This document shows positions 40,658-52,330 of a stretch of 62,137 bases of DNA, one piece after another. Within the stretch, counting starts at the first letter, position 1, and every line of letters begins with the position of its first letter. A model generated the notes under the pieces. The model had not been told where the DNA came from and ran no database searches. It was given only the letters and a program-made list of their open reading frames with translations. This stretch comes from an uncultured Parabacteroides sp. GTDB lineage: Bacteria; Bacteroidota; Bacteroidia; Bacteroidales; Tannerellaceae. The DNA lies in assembly GCA_937890135.1 (NCBI GenBank), contig CALBYC010000211.1, positions 1 to 62,137 on the forward strand. The letters are read 5' to 3'. The translations under genes and the position numbers were made by a program.

Positions 40658-41476
40658 CTAACTTTCTTGCTTGATTATCTCCAAGGCTTTTTTGACTGAA
40701 CCGTAGCGAAGCAGCCATTTTTCAGCTTCGTCATGTGGAAAGCCTGTTTCTTCCATGATCAAGCGTGTTCCCCGTTCCACCAGTTTTTGGTTTGTGAGTT
40801 GCATATTTATCATCTTGTTCCCTTTGATACGCCCCAGCTCAATCATGATGGAGGTGGAAATCATGTTAAGGATCATCTTTTGCCCTGTGCCGGATTTCAT
40901 CCGGGAGCTGCCTGTAATGAATTCTGGACCCACGACCATTTCAATGGGAATGTCGGACTCTGCAGCCATGGGCGAATTGGGATTACTGCAGATACAGGCT
41001 GTGAATATGCCTTTTTCTCGCGCTTCCTTTAATGCTGCAATTACGTAAGGGGTAGTCCCGGAGGCTGCGATACCAATGACCGTATCATGTGTGTTGATGT
41101 TATATTTCAGCAAGTCTTTCCATCCCTGTTGTATATCATCTTCCGCATTTTCCACGGCATTGCGTAAGGCCGCGTCTCCTCCTGCTATGATTCCTATCAC
41201 ATGACCGGGTGCGATGCCGAATGTGGGTGGGATTTCTGAAGCATCTAATACCCCCAATCGTCCGCTTGTCCCAGCACCGATGTAAAACAGACGCCCACCA
41301 TTGCGCATCTTGGGCACGACCAAACCGACCAAACGTTCTATTTGGGGAATGGTGTCTCGTACAGCCCATGCAACCTTTTGGTCCTCTGCGTTGATATCCT
41401 CCAATATTTCTCGCAATGGCATCTTTTCCAGGTTGTCATACAAAGATGCCCGTTCCGTAATCTTTTCAAATTCCAT
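40658..41476 (-). CDS. murQ: N-acetylmuramic acid 6-phosphate etherase
   Basis: YIGAGTSGRLG, DASEIPPTFG, GIAASGTTPYV, GPEFITGSSRMKSGT. Confidence 0.95.
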   Translation of the reverse strand: MEFEKITERASLYDNLEKMPLREILEDINAEDQKVAWAVRDTIPQIERLVGLVVPKMRNGGRLFYIGAGTSGRLGVLDASEIPPTFGIAPGHVIGIIAGGDAALRNAVENAEDDIQQGWKDLLKYNINTHDTVIGIAASGTTPYVIAALKEAREKGIFTACICSNPNSPMAAESDIPIEMVVGPEFITGSSRMKSGTGQKMILNMISTSIMIELGRIKGNKMINMQLTNQKLVERGTRLIMEETGFPHDEAEKWLLRYGSVKKALEIIKQES

Positions 41477-41501
41477 AATCAACGATGTTATATGTTTCCG
41501 A

Positions 41502-42332
41502 TCATGAATGGTGAATAATCAAACCATCCATTGGACTTTGGATGATTTTCCCCATCCTTATATTGCACATTGCTGCCGCCTCTTGAAGTATGTCCTTAAA
41601 ATGGTAGGCTATTGAGCCTACGGCATTTGCTTCTTCCCCTTCCTCTCCGAGCGGTAGGACATTACGGGTAAAGAAAGCGATGAAACTGTTCAGTACCAGT
41701 TCGTGAATTTCAGGAACATGGATATTCTCTTTTATAAAAGGAGCGAATGATGCCAAGAAACGGTTGGGGAATGGCTTGCGGTATACTTTGTCAATTATAT
41801 CACTTTCCGAATAACCATACTGAAGAAAAAACTTATTGTTTAATTCTTTGCCTAAAAAGCCTTTAAGTAAATTCCCTATCAATAATTTACCTAAGACGGC
41901 TCCGCTGCCTTCATCCCCTAAGACAAAGCCCAATGGAGGTATATGCTTGGTTATGCGTGTCCCATCAAAGAAGCAAGCATTAGAACCAGTTCCTAATATG
42001 CAGGCTATGCCTGGGCGGCTACCGCACAAGCTATGCGCCGCAGCCATCAGGTCGGTATAGACTTCTACTCTCTCTGCCTTTATGCATTCTTTCAGGACAC
42101 GTTTGACTGTTTCAGCTTTGTCAAGCATGCATCCCGCTCCGTAAAAATAAACTTGGTCGGGGGAAATGCCATTTAATATAGGCAACAATGATTTTTTGAT
42201 TTCGGCATCTAATTCTTTTTCTGTCAGGTAATACGGATTAAGCCCTTTTGTCTCGCCTTTCCAAACTGGTTTCCCGGAAGAGACTATAGCCCAATCTGTT
42301 TTAGTGGAACCGCTATCTGCTATTAGTATCAT
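41502..42332 (-). CDS. BadF/BcrA-type sugar kinase, probable MurNAc/GlcNAc kinase (MurK-like)
   Basis: IADSGSTKTDW, FYGAGC, ILGTGSN, LGDEGSGA; directly upstream of murQ. Confidence 0.8.
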   Translation of the reverse strand: MILIADSGSTKTDWAIVSSGKPVWKGETKGLNPYYLTEKELDAEIKKSLLPILNGISPDQVYFYGAGCMLDKAETVKRVLKECIKAERVEVYTDLMAAAHSLCGSRPGIACILGTGSNACFFDGTRITKHIPPLGFVLGDEGSGAVLGKLLIGNLLKGFLGKELNNKFFLQYGYSESDIIDKVYRKPFPNRFLASFAPFIKENIHVPEIHELVLNSFIAFFTRNVLPLGEEGEEANAVGSIAYHFKDILQEAAAMCNIRMGKIIQSPMDGLIIHHS

Positions 42333-42364
42333 AAAATATCTATAATCATGAGTTCGCTGTCGGG

Positions 42365-43723
42365 TTATTCTAAACTGGAGGATTGCCGCATTAGCTTTAT
42401 CTTTTTATATACATAAAAAAAGGCTGGTATTAAGAAGAGGTCTGCAAATAACCAAGCAGTAGAATCTCCGAAACAGACAGCCGTGTATCCCCAAATGGGC
42501 ACGGCTATCAGACTGACTAATATCCGGGCTATCATTTCGGCTACGCCGGAAAACATGGCCAGATTGGTAAAACCTGCTCCTTGTATGGAGTAACGCAAAA
42601 TACAAAGCAAACCGACCAAGGGGAAGAATACGGATGCCACGTGCAAGAAAAATGTTGCGTCTCGTATGATTTCGGTTTCAGAGGGAGATACGAACAAATA
42701 CAATAATTCGTGGGAGAAAAGCATGAGGACTGTGAACGTAAAAATTGCGTAGACAGACATCATCAGGACGCTTGATTTGATGCCTTCGCCTACTCGCCCG
42801 GGCTTACCTGCGCCATAGTTTTGCCCAACGTATGTTGCCATGGCTATTCCTAAAGTTTCAAAAGGACATATGAAAAACATCTTGATTCGCATGGCAGCCG
42901 TAAATGCAGCCACGCATGCCGTTCCCAGCGCGTTGTTTGCACTTTGAAGCATTATGCTACCGATAGCGGTAATGGAAAATTGCAAGCCCATCGGGATTCC
43001 TATGCCTAATAGGTTTTTCGTCAAATTTGCGTCAAACTTTTCTTCTCCTTTCTCCATTTGTATGATGGAAAAGTGCTTGTACATATAAAAATAACATAAA
43101 ATAGCAGATATACCTTGTGCCACTACCGTGGCAATGGCAGCTCCTGCTACTCCCCATCCCAATACCAGAATGCTGAAAAAATCCAATGCAATATTTAATA
43201 TGGTAGAGAATAAAAGGAAATAAAAAGGGGTCTTGCTGTCTCCCAAAGCACGAATGATGCTTGATAATAAATTATAGAAGAAAGTGCAGGGCACTCCTAT
43301 GAAAGTAATTAGCAAATAAAGGTATGCGTTCTTGAATATTGCTTCCGGGGTTTGCATCATCTTTAGGATGGAAGAACAACTCAGACTTGTCGCCAAGGCT
43401 ATCAAGATGGACATGAGAGCTGCTAAACGTAATCCTAATGAGATGTAACGCCGCATGGTAGCATAATCCCTCGCTCCGAATTTCTGTGCCACTGGTATGC
43501 CAAATCCGCAGCAACAGCCATTGCAAAATCCCAAGATTAAAAAAACGACAGATGTGCTTGCTCCAACGGACGCTAAAGCATGAATGCCTAAGGTTTTCCC
43601 AACTATGGCAGCGTCAATCAAAGAATAGGTTTGTTGCAGCAAATTACCTAATAAAAGGGGCAAAGTAAAGTTAAAAATCAGAGGCAGTGGTGCGCCTGCC
43701 GTCATTTCTTTTGAAGAAGCCAT
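42365..43723 (-). CDS. MATE family efflux transporter
   Basis: PLLLGNLLQQTYSLIDA, RALGDSKTP, GVAGAAIAT, GQNYGA. Confidence 0.93.
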   Translation of the reverse strand: MASSKEMTAGAPLPLIFNFTLPLLLGNLLQQTYSLIDAAIVGKTLGIHALASVGASTSVVFLILGFCNGCCCGFGIPVAQKFGARDYATMRRYISLGLRLAALMSILIALATSLSCSSILKMMQTPEAIFKNAYLYLLITFIGVPCTFFYNLLSSIIRALGDSKTPFYFLLFSTILNIALDFFSILVLGWGVAGAAIATVVAQGISAILCYFYMYKHFSIIQMEKGEEKFDANLTKNLLGIGIPMGLQFSITAIGSIMLQSANNALGTACVAAFTAAMRIKMFFICPFETLGIAMATYVGQNYGAGKPGRVGEGIKSSVLMMSVYAIFTFTVLMLFSHELLYLFVSPSETEIIRDATFFLHVASVFFPLVGLLCILRYSIQGAGFTNLAMFSGVAEMIARILVSLIAVPIWGYTAVCFGDSTAWLFADLFLIPAFFYVYKKIKLMRQSSSLE

Positions 43724-43783
43724 CTACGTTTACTATTTTTGTACTTGCAAAGGTATAGAGAAAACGAGTTAAATGAAGTGTTT

Positions 43784-44086
43784 ATGAAGAAAAAATCTTC
43801 AAAAATTGAGAAGGAAAAACAAGTAGTAAAATGGATGGTCGAACTTTATTGCAGGAAAAAGGAAGGTAACGAAGAGCTTTGTCCTGAATGTCTTTTGTTA
43901 TTGGATTATGCATACAAAAGATTGGAATGCTGCAAGTTCGGTGAAAAGAAGAGCTCTTGCCAAAGATGTCCTATCCACTGCTATAAGAAAGATATGCGCA
44001 AACGTATGAAACAAATCATGAGGTTCAGTGGCCCACGTATGTTGTTGTATTATCCTATTGCTGCCCTGAAGCACATGCTCCAATAG
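43784..44086 (+). CDS. Nitrous oxide-stimulated promoter family (YgbA-like) Cys-rich protein
   Basis: MVELYC, LCPEC, RLECC, CQRCPIHCY, MRFSGPRML. Confidence 0.85.
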   Translation: MKKKSSKIEKEKQVVKWMVELYCRKKEGNEELCPECLLLLDYAYKRLECCKFGEKKSSCQRCPIHCYKKDMRKRMKQIMRFSGPRMLLYYPIAALKHMLQ

Positions 44087-44087
44087 C

Positions 44088-44128
44088 AAAAAGCGTCTTG
44101 CCCCGCCATGGGAGCAAGACATCTTTTT
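44088..44128. terminator. Bidirectional terminator
   Basis: A5-G..GTCTTGC...GCAAGAC..C-T5. Confidence 0.65.
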
Positions 44129-44151
44129 GAGTATCGGTACTTGATTCTGTT

Positions 44152-45798
44152 TTATTTCAACTTGCATCCGTTGCAACGTGCTTGGATTTGTTTGAAGAAA
44201 TCATTCCCTTTGTTGTCAACCAAGATGAATGCCGGGAAATCTTCAACTTCAATTTTCCAAATGGCTTCCATGCCTAATTCTGGATATTCAACACATTCGA
44301 TGCTCTTGATGTTGTTTTGTGCCAATATGGCGGCTGGTCCACCTATAGACCCTAAGTAGAAACCTCCATGTTTTTTACAAGCATCCGTGACTGCTTGGCT
44401 GCGGTTCCCTTTTGCTAACATGATCATCGAACCCCCGTGAGATTGGAATAGATCTACGTATGGATCCATGCGGCCAGCTGTAGTCGGTCCCATGGAGCCG
44501 CATGCCATGCCCGCAGGAGTCTTGGCTGGTCCAGCATAATAAATAGGATGGTCTTTGAAATATTGAGGCAAATCTTCCCCTTTGTCCAGACGCTCTTTCA
44601 ATTTGGCATGTGCGATATCACGCCCGACGATGATTGTCCCATTCAAAGAAAGACGGGTTGCTACCGGATATTTGTCCAATTCGGCCAGAATCTCACTCAT
44701 GGGCCGGTTCAAATCGATTTTGACTGCATTGCCTTCACCTGCTTGCCGCAATTTTTCCGGTATCAGTTCCCCTGGGTTCGCATCTAATTTTTCAATCCAA
44801 ATGCCATCCTTGTTGATTTTGCATTTCACGTTGCGGTCAGCAGAGCATGAAACCCCTAAACCAACCGGGCAAGAGGCACCGTGGCGAGGCAAACGGATGA
44901 TACGGACATCGTGTGCGAAATATTTGCCGCCGAATTGAGCTCCTAATCCAATTTTGTGAGCTTCTTCCAGCACTTTCTTTTCCAATTCGACATCGCGGAA
45001 GGCCCGCCCGTATTCATTGCCGGTTGTTGGCAATTCATCATAATAATGTGTGGAAGCCAGCTTGACCGTAAGTAAGTTTTTCTCGGCAGAAGTGCCGCCG
45101 ATGACAAATGCGATATGATAGGGAGGACATGCGGCTGTACCTAATGTTTTCATCTTTTCAACCAGGAAGGGCACTAAGGTGTCCGGGTTCAGGATTGCTT
45201 TTGTTTCTTGGTACAGATACGTCTTGTTAGCAGAGCCTCCGCCTTTGGCTACGCATAAGAATTTATACTCCATGCCTTCCGTCGCTTCCAAATCAATTTG
45301 AGCGGGCAAATTGCAACGGGTGTTCACTTCGTCGTACATGGAAAGGGGGGCATTCTGCGAATAACGTAAATTGTTCTCGGTATAGGTCTTGAACACGCCC
45401 AATGACAACGCTTCTTCGTCACAATACCCAGTCCAGACTTGTTGGCCTTTTTCACCATGGATGATTGCTGTGCCCGTGTCTTGGCAGAAAGGCAATACTC
45501 CTTTTGCGGCAACTTCGGCGTTGCGTAAGAATGTAAGGGCTACATATTTGTCGTTTTCACTTGCTTCGGGGTCGCTCAGAATCTTGGCTACTTGTTCGTT
45601 GTGTGAACGGCGCAACATGAATGAAACATCATGGAATGCGGCATTAGCCATAGCGGTCAAACCCTCTTTTGCGATTTTTAGAATCGGTTTTCCTTCAAAT
45701 TCTGAAACTGAGACATAGTCTTTAGTAAGCAAATAATATTCAGTTGTATCGGGTCCCAAAGGGAACATAGGCTGATACTTGAATGGAGTTGTTGCCAT
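44152..45798 (-). CDS. Class I (Fe-S) fumarate hydratase
   Basis: [29 protein letters not shown]. Confidence 0.95.
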   Translation of the reverse strand: MATTPFKYQPMFPLGPDTTEYYLLTKDYVSVSEFEGKPILKIAKEGLTAMANAAFHDVSFMLRRSHNEQVAKILSDPEASENDKYVALTFLRNAEVAAKGVLPFCQDTGTAIIHGEKGQQVWTGYCDEEALSLGVFKTYTENNLRYSQNAPLSMYDEVNTRCNLPAQIDLEATEGMEYKFLCVAKGGGSANKTYLYQETKAILNPDTLVPFLVEKMKTLGTAACPPYHIAFVIGGTSAEKNLLTVKLASTHYYDELPTTGNEYGRAFRDVELEKKVLEEAHKIGLGAQFGGKYFAHDVRIIRLPRHGASCPVGLGVSCSADRNVKCKINKDGIWIEKLDANPGELIPEKLRQAGEGNAVKIDLNRPMSEILAELDKYPVATRLSLNGTIIVGRDIAHAKLKERLDKGEDLPQYFKDHPIYYAGPAKTPAGMACGSMGPTTAGRMDPYVDLFQSHGGSMIMLAKGNRSQAVTDACKKHGGFYLGSIGGPAAILAQNNIKSIECVEYPELGMEAIWKIEVEDFPAFILVDNKGNDFFKQIQARCNGCKLK

Positions 45799-46087
45799 AA
45801 TATGTTACGTTTAATATTTATATTGGTTGTATAATCTTTATTGACGTACAAATTTACTCAAATTTCATGATATAAGTTCAAACTATCCATTAAATTTGTA
45901 CATTTCTTTGGATATGAGGCTTGAATCGGATTTGAATCCATAAAAAGCTTGTAATAAAGCTTTCAGGACTGTATGGAGAAAGAATTAATGAAATAATTTG
46001 AAAAAAATAAGGTTATCAGAAAATATTTAGTTTATTTTGTATCAGAATAAAAGGAAGCATCTATATCCTTTCTTAAATATATAAAGT

Positions 46088-47914
46088 ATGAAGGACACCC
46101 TGAATAATGACTTGACGGTAAAAGAAGCCGATGGATTAATTGGAACGAACGGCCAGGCAGTGGAAAAGCCAGTTGTTTCGTCGGAGACAACTGTGGCCAA
46201 CGCTCCAACTGGTAAATTGACCAAGGATGAAATCTTGAGTAAATTAAGGAACTTGGTCGATGAACCGGTAAATGCTGTGCGAGATGAAATAGATTCTCTC
46301 AAGCAAGCTTATTACAAGATTCGGAAAACAGAAATAGAAGAACTGAAAAAAAACTTTATCGAACAAGGGGGCAATGTGAAAGATTTCACTGTCCCCGAGG
46401 ACAAGTATGAAGCTCTTCTGAAAGATTTGATGAATACTTTTAAAGAAAAACGTGCGGCTTTGGCTGCTGAAGAGGAAAAGTTGAAAACTGCGAACTATGA
46501 GGCGAAATTGCAATTGATAGAGCAGTTGAAAAACCTATGTGAGAGCAATGAAGATTTCAACAAGCTTTACAATGAGTTTAAGGAGATTCAGCAGAAATGG
46601 AAAGATATAACAATTGTTCCCGAAGGCAGTGTCAATAAACTATGGAAAGAGTACCAAAATTATTCGGAGCAGTTTTATGACTTGATTAAGATCAACAACC
46701 AATTCCGGGATTATGATTTCAAAAAGAACTTGGAACTTAAGACTTCATTGTGCGAATCTGTGGAAAAATTGAGTGCGGAGAAGGATCCGGTCTCTGCTTT
46801 CCACCAGTTGCAAAAATTGCATCAGCAGTGGCGTGAAATCGGCCCTGTCGCAAAAGAATTCAGAGAAAGTCTGTGGAATCGTTTCAAGGCTGCTTCTACA
46901 ATTGTAAACAAACGGTATGTCCAGTTCTTTGAAGAGCAAAAAGCAAAAGAATTGGAAAATTTGCAGCAGAAAACTGCTCTATGCGAAGCCGTGGAGGCTA
47001 TCGATTATTCGCTGTTGACGAATGCAAAAGAGTGGGAAAAGAAAGCGAACGAGGTCTTAGACTTACAAAAGAAATGGAAAACGATCGGTTTTACTCCCAA
47101 AAAACATAATACGAAAATCTTTGAACGTTTCCGTGCCGCTTGTAATGTGTTCTTTGCGAATAAGTCAGAGTTCTTCAAAACGCTGAAGAGCGAGATGGAA
47201 GATAATTTGGAAAAGAAACGGCAGCTTTGCGAAAAGGCGGAAGCTTTGAAGGATAGTACGGATTGGAAAGAAACGACAGAGAAGATGATTGCGCTTCAGA
47301 AAGAATGGAAGACAATCGGACAAGTTCCTTTCCACAATTCGGAACGGATTTGGAAACGTTTTATAAAAGCTTGTGACTATTTCTTTGATAATAAGAATAA
47401 AAATGTTCCAGCCCAAAAGGACGAAGAACAAAAAAATTTAGAAGCAAAGAAGGATTTGATTGAAAAGGTCAATGCGTTGGACGAGTCTTTGGACAATGAT
47501 ACGGCGGTCGCTACGTTGAAGTCATATATGAATGAATGGAACAGCATCGGCCATGTCCCTTTCAAAGAAAAGGATAAAGTCTACCAAGCGTTTCATAAAG
47601 CTATAGATGAGCAGTTCGACCGTCTTAAGATTAATCGTCAAGACAGAAGGATGAAGTCTTTTCAAAATAATGTGAACGAGCTTGCAGGAAAAGGGAAAAA
47701 CAAACTTTATTCGGAAAGAGATAAGTTGATGCGGAACTATGAAAGGATGAAGATCGACCTTCAGACTTACGAAAACAATATGGGCTTCTTGAATGTTTCA
47801 TCTAAAGGAGGTAGCGGGCTGGTAAAAGAGCTTGAACGTAAGATTGAAAACCTAAAAGAAGAAATGCAACTTATTATCAAGAAAATTGAAACGATAGACG
47901 AGAATATAGATTAA
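46088..47914 (+). CDS. DUF349-domain coiled-coil protein
   Basis: Repeated W..IG / W.RF..AC..FF units and NLE.K..LCE motifs. Confidence 0.88.
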   Translation: MKDTLNNDLTVKEADGLIGTNGQAVEKPVVSSETTVANAPTGKLTKDEILSKLRNLVDEPVNAVRDEIDSLKQAYYKIRKTEIEELKKNFIEQGGNVKDFTVPEDKYEALLKDLMNTFKEKRAALAAEEEKLKTANYEAKLQLIEQLKNLCESNEDFNKLYNEFKEIQQKWKDITIVPEGSVNKLWKEYQNYSEQFYDLIKINNQFRDYDFKKNLELKTSLCESVEKLSAEKDPVSAFHQLQKLHQQWREIGPVAKEFRESLWNRFKAASTIVNKRYVQFFEEQKAKELENLQQKTALCEAVEAIDYSLLTNAKEWEKKANEVLDLQKKWKTIGFTPKKHNTKIFERFRAACNVFFANKSEFFKTLKSEMEDNLEKKRQLCEKAEALKDSTDWKETTEKMIALQKEWKTIGQVPFHNSERIWKRFIKACDYFFDNKNKNVPAQKDEEQKNLEAKKDLIEKVNALDESLDNDTAVATLKSYMNEWNSIGHVPFKEKDKVYQAFHKAIDEQFDRLKINRQDRRMKSFQNNVNELAGKGKNKLYSERDKLMRNYERMKIDLQTYENNMGFLNVSSKGGSGLVKELERKIENLKEEMQLIIKKIETIDENID

Positions 47915-47967
47915 TAATATATTAAACGTATTGGAGAAGTTAGGATAAGTTCTAACTTCTCTCATGT

Positions 47968-49185
47968 ATGCCTATGCCTAAATTACATTATTTTAACCCG
48001 GGAAGTGAAGAGGCCGTTTGGTCTGGGAATATACATCTGACACCTTCGGCCAATGTGCAGCGAATGTTTACCGATCTCTCCTGCATACCTTTATGGTATG
48101 CAAGCCAGGATGACCTTGTATGGACGGAAGACCCGAAAGCTGTATCTTATTCAGAGGAAATGCACATGATATTTCCTAATTTGCCACAGATATTTAGTAC
48201 TGAGACTATGAAGAAACCAGAAGAGTATCCGCAATTGGAGGCTGCTCCATGGGGCTTGTCTCCTCATAGTTTATATCAGTTCAAGTTATTACGAAAAAAA
48301 ACGAACTTGCCTTTGTCCATTACTACGTGGAAAGAGCGTTATCGCACGTTGACGGGGAGAAGAATGGCGAAATGTGTATTTAACCGTTTAAAAGAGCTTT
48401 TGCCGGGAGTCAATATGCCCAAAGCTCCGGAGTTTGTTTGCTTTTTTGCCGACGTGGAACGTTTGGCCCATAACAGCCGTTATCCTCTTATTTTAAAAAA
48501 ACCGTTTTCCTCTTCCGGCAGGGGATTGCATTGGCTGCGTGGCCCTAAATTGAATGATAAGGATATTAAATGGATAAATGGCGCCCTTAACAAACAAGGG
48601 GAAGTGAGCGTTGAGCGAGCACAGAACAAACTGATTGATTTTGCCATGGAGTTTGAATCGGACGGCAATGGCAAAGTGGCATATAGGGGCTTGTCTGTGT
48701 TTGGTACTCAGGATAATGGAGCTTATATTGGGAATGTAATCGGTTCGGAGGCTTTCCGCCAGTCATTGTTGTTACAATATGTGAGCAAAGAGGTTTTGGA
48801 AATGTATAAAAATGCATTGGAAACAGCCTTGTCCGAATATTATGGGTCGCATTATGCCGGTCCGTTGGGCGTGGACATGTTAATTTATGCCGGTCCTAAC
48901 AATCAGCCGATGGTTCATCCATGTGTTGAAATTAATATGAGAAGGACAATGGGCATGCTCGCTCTCAATCTGTCGGAACGTTACGTGAGCGAGGATTCGA
49001 CCGGGAACTTCAGGTTAGAATTCAACGCGAACGAAGGGGCTATTAATCAATTACACCAAGAAATGGAAACCAATTATCCGATTGTCATGCGCAACGGGCG
49101 TATCACATCGGGCTATGTCGCGCTTTCTCCTGTGGCGGAAGAGACGAATTTTTGGGCTTATATGATAATATCCGAACAACATTAA
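47968..49185 (+). CDS. Hypothetical protein with ATP-grasp-like motifs
   Basis: ILKKPFSSSGRG, DFAMEF, GPLGVDML, VEINMRRTMG. Confidence 0.7.
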   Translation: MPMPKLHYFNPGSEEAVWSGNIHLTPSANVQRMFTDLSCIPLWYASQDDLVWTEDPKAVSYSEEMHMIFPNLPQIFSTETMKKPEEYPQLEAAPWGLSPHSLYQFKLLRKKTNLPLSITTWKERYRTLTGRRMAKCVFNRLKELLPGVNMPKAPEFVCFFADVERLAHNSRYPLILKKPFSSSGRGLHWLRGPKLNDKDIKWINGALNKQGEVSVERAQNKLIDFAMEFESDGNGKVAYRGLSVFGTQDNGAYIGNVIGSEAFRQSLLLQYVSKEVLEMYKNALETALSEYYGSHYAGPLGVDMLIYAGPNNQPMVHPCVEINMRRTMGMLALNLSERYVSEDSTGNFRLEFNANEGAINQLHQEMETNYPIVMRNGRITSGYVALSPVAEETNFWAYMIISEQH

Positions 49186-50403
<1,218 letters not shown>

Positions 50404-50416
50404 TGTGAAATGCTTG

Positions 50417-50463
50417 AATCCTGAATCATCACGAAGCCATGTAGAAGGTGACGATTCAGGATT
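50417..50463. terminator. Hairpin between convergent genes
   Basis: AATCCTGAATCATCAC / GTGACGATTCAGGATT. Confidence 0.6.
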
Positions 50464-50471
50464 TCTGCTTT

Positions 50472-51827
50472 TTATCTATAATATGCCAGAGGACGTTTGC
50501 GGGAAAGTGAAGAATGTACTATTTCGTAGCTCCCATTGTCGGAACGAAGTGTCGCCGGCATTTGTCCGTTTCCGTTCATGATGCTCAGTACTGCGGAAAA
50601 TAAAGGATCGTCTGGTGTCGCCAACTCTCCAATCTGTAAACCTTCCTGGCATTCGATATCGGGTCGCAGACCTTCGCTGTAATCACCGTAATCTTCGGAA
50701 TTAAATAGGTAAAAGGCGGTAGGCCAAACTTCTAACGATTGCCACTTCTCATTTGTCAATAGAATTTGCCCTACATTTTTCCCGAACGTTGTTTCCCCAA
50801 CCTGGATTAGGTTGGCATTTAAATAAGGACGTATGCCATTTATGATTGCTTCTGAGGCGGATGCCGTTTCGTTGCCTGTTATTATATATAAATGGCTCAA
50901 ATCCATATTCACGCCTCGCCCAATAATGCTTTTGTCAAAAAGTATGTCTTCTTGTTTATTAATTAGTTCGTTGTATTTCAAATAGACAAATTCTTTTCCT
51001 AAATATTCTTTAGGTATAAGCATGGTCGCCAGCAGTTGGGCACAGCTGACGCTGCCTCCGTGATTGTAGCGCAAATCCAAAATAAACTCGTCTGCTTGCT
51101 GTTCTTTGAATTTGCGGAATGCCATACGTAAGTCGTCGTCAAAATCTTCATCAAAACTGTTGTACATCAAGTAGGCTATATTGCGGTTCTGTATATGGAT
51201 AACGGTGTCCATATATATCGGGTTCTCTTTTATGGATGTGGGTTTTTCTATCTTGACCAAACGGCTTTTGCCGAAATGGGTACTGGAAACCATTTCTCCC
51301 ATTTGCATTTCTGCTGCTGTTTGAGGATTGTCCAAATAATCTGCATAGTTGGATGAAGTTAGTGGGTTGCCGTTTATGGATAGGATTAGTTCTCCCCGTT
51401 TCAAGCCGGCATCGGCCGCAGGGGAATTTTTATATACATATAAAATCTGCGCAATCAGTTCATCTCTGCCTGCAACGCGTATCAAACGGTATTCAAAGCC
51501 ATACGTCTTGTCGTCCTGGGAAGAAGAGCGTAATAGGGATTTATCATATTCTATTCTCGAATAAAGTGCGCCGTTTTTCCCATCATCATCGGCAAGCAAG
51601 GAATAGAAGAAAGAGCTGGGATCTTGTCCATATTGCAATGTCTTTTCTTCCGGCAGTTGGTCATACCAAAGATAATAATGCTTCATTCTGTCGTAAACCC
51701 ATTTGTTTATTTCGGTTTCGACCGTATTCTCATTCATCTCTTCTTGGTCAATGATGCCATTATCCGTACAGGATAAACAAAGTCCTAAGCAAATAGCCAA
51801 GAGGAAACGGCTTAAATCGTAGTTCAT
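50472..51827 (-). CDS. S41 family peptidase lipoprotein with PDZ domain
   Basis: Lipobox CLSC; YYLW, SPAADAGLKRG, LDLRYNHGG, TASASE, TFGK. Confidence 0.9.
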   Translation of the reverse strand: MNYDLSRFLLAICLGLCLSCTDNGIIDQEEMNENTVETEINKWVYDRMKHYYLWYDQLPEEKTLQYGQDPSSFFYSLLADDDGKNGALYSRIEYDKSLLRSSSQDDKTYGFEYRLIRVAGRDELIAQILYVYKNSPAADAGLKRGELILSINGNPLTSSNYADYLDNPQTAAEMQMGEMVSSTHFGKSRLVKIEKPTSIKENPIYMDTVIHIQNRNIAYLMYNSFDEDFDDDLRMAFRKFKEQQADEFILDLRYNHGGSVSCAQLLATMLIPKEYLGKEFVYLKYNELINKQEDILFDKSIIGRGVNMDLSHLYIITGNETASASEAIINGIRPYLNANLIQVGETTFGKNVGQILLTNEKWQSLEVWPTAFYLFNSEDYGDYSEGLRPDIECQEGLQIGELATPDDPLFSAVLSIMNGNGQMPATLRSDNGSYEIVHSSLSRKRPLAYYR

Positions 51828-51920
51828 GCTTCATTCAATTTAAAAATCGCTCAAATATAATCCTTCTTAATATCTTTTTCGTTATATTTGTGCATTAATT
51901 ATTCATAAAGTAGAAGAACA

Positions 51921-52307
51921 ATGAAACGTATTATTTTTGTCTTTGTGGCTATTTTACTATCTATAGGAGCGATTGCTGCACAAGGAAAGCAAGCTGTCAT
52001 CTCCGCCAAAGAAACGACTTTTGATTTTGGAACGATAAAGGAGGGGGACGGGAAAGTATCGCATACTTTCGTAATCGATAATACGGGGGATGGCCCTCTT
52101 GTGCTGACTCGGGTTATTGCTTCTTGTGGCTGCACAACTCCTGAATGGACCAAAGAACCTGTTGCGCCTGGAAAATCGGGCGATGTGAAAATTACTTATA
52201 ATCCCGCAGGAAGGCCCGGGGCTTTTGTTAAAACCATTTCTATTTATAGCAATGGGAAAAAAGGAAGTTATATACTTACAATTAAAGGGAAAGTAGTGTG
52301 TGATTAA
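51921..52307 (+). CDS. DUF1573-domain secreted protein
   Basis: FDFGTI, ASCGCT, YNPAGRPG.F.K; TATATTTG promoter at 51883. Confidence 0.88.
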   Translation: MKRIIFVFVAILLSIGAIAAQGKQAVISAKETTFDFGTIKEGDGKVSHTFVIDNTGDGPLVLTRVIASCGCTTPEWTKEPVAPGKSGDVKITYNPAGRPGAFVKTISIYSNGKKGSYILTIKGKVVCD

Positions 52308-52330
52308 CTTACGGACTAATATTATAGACT

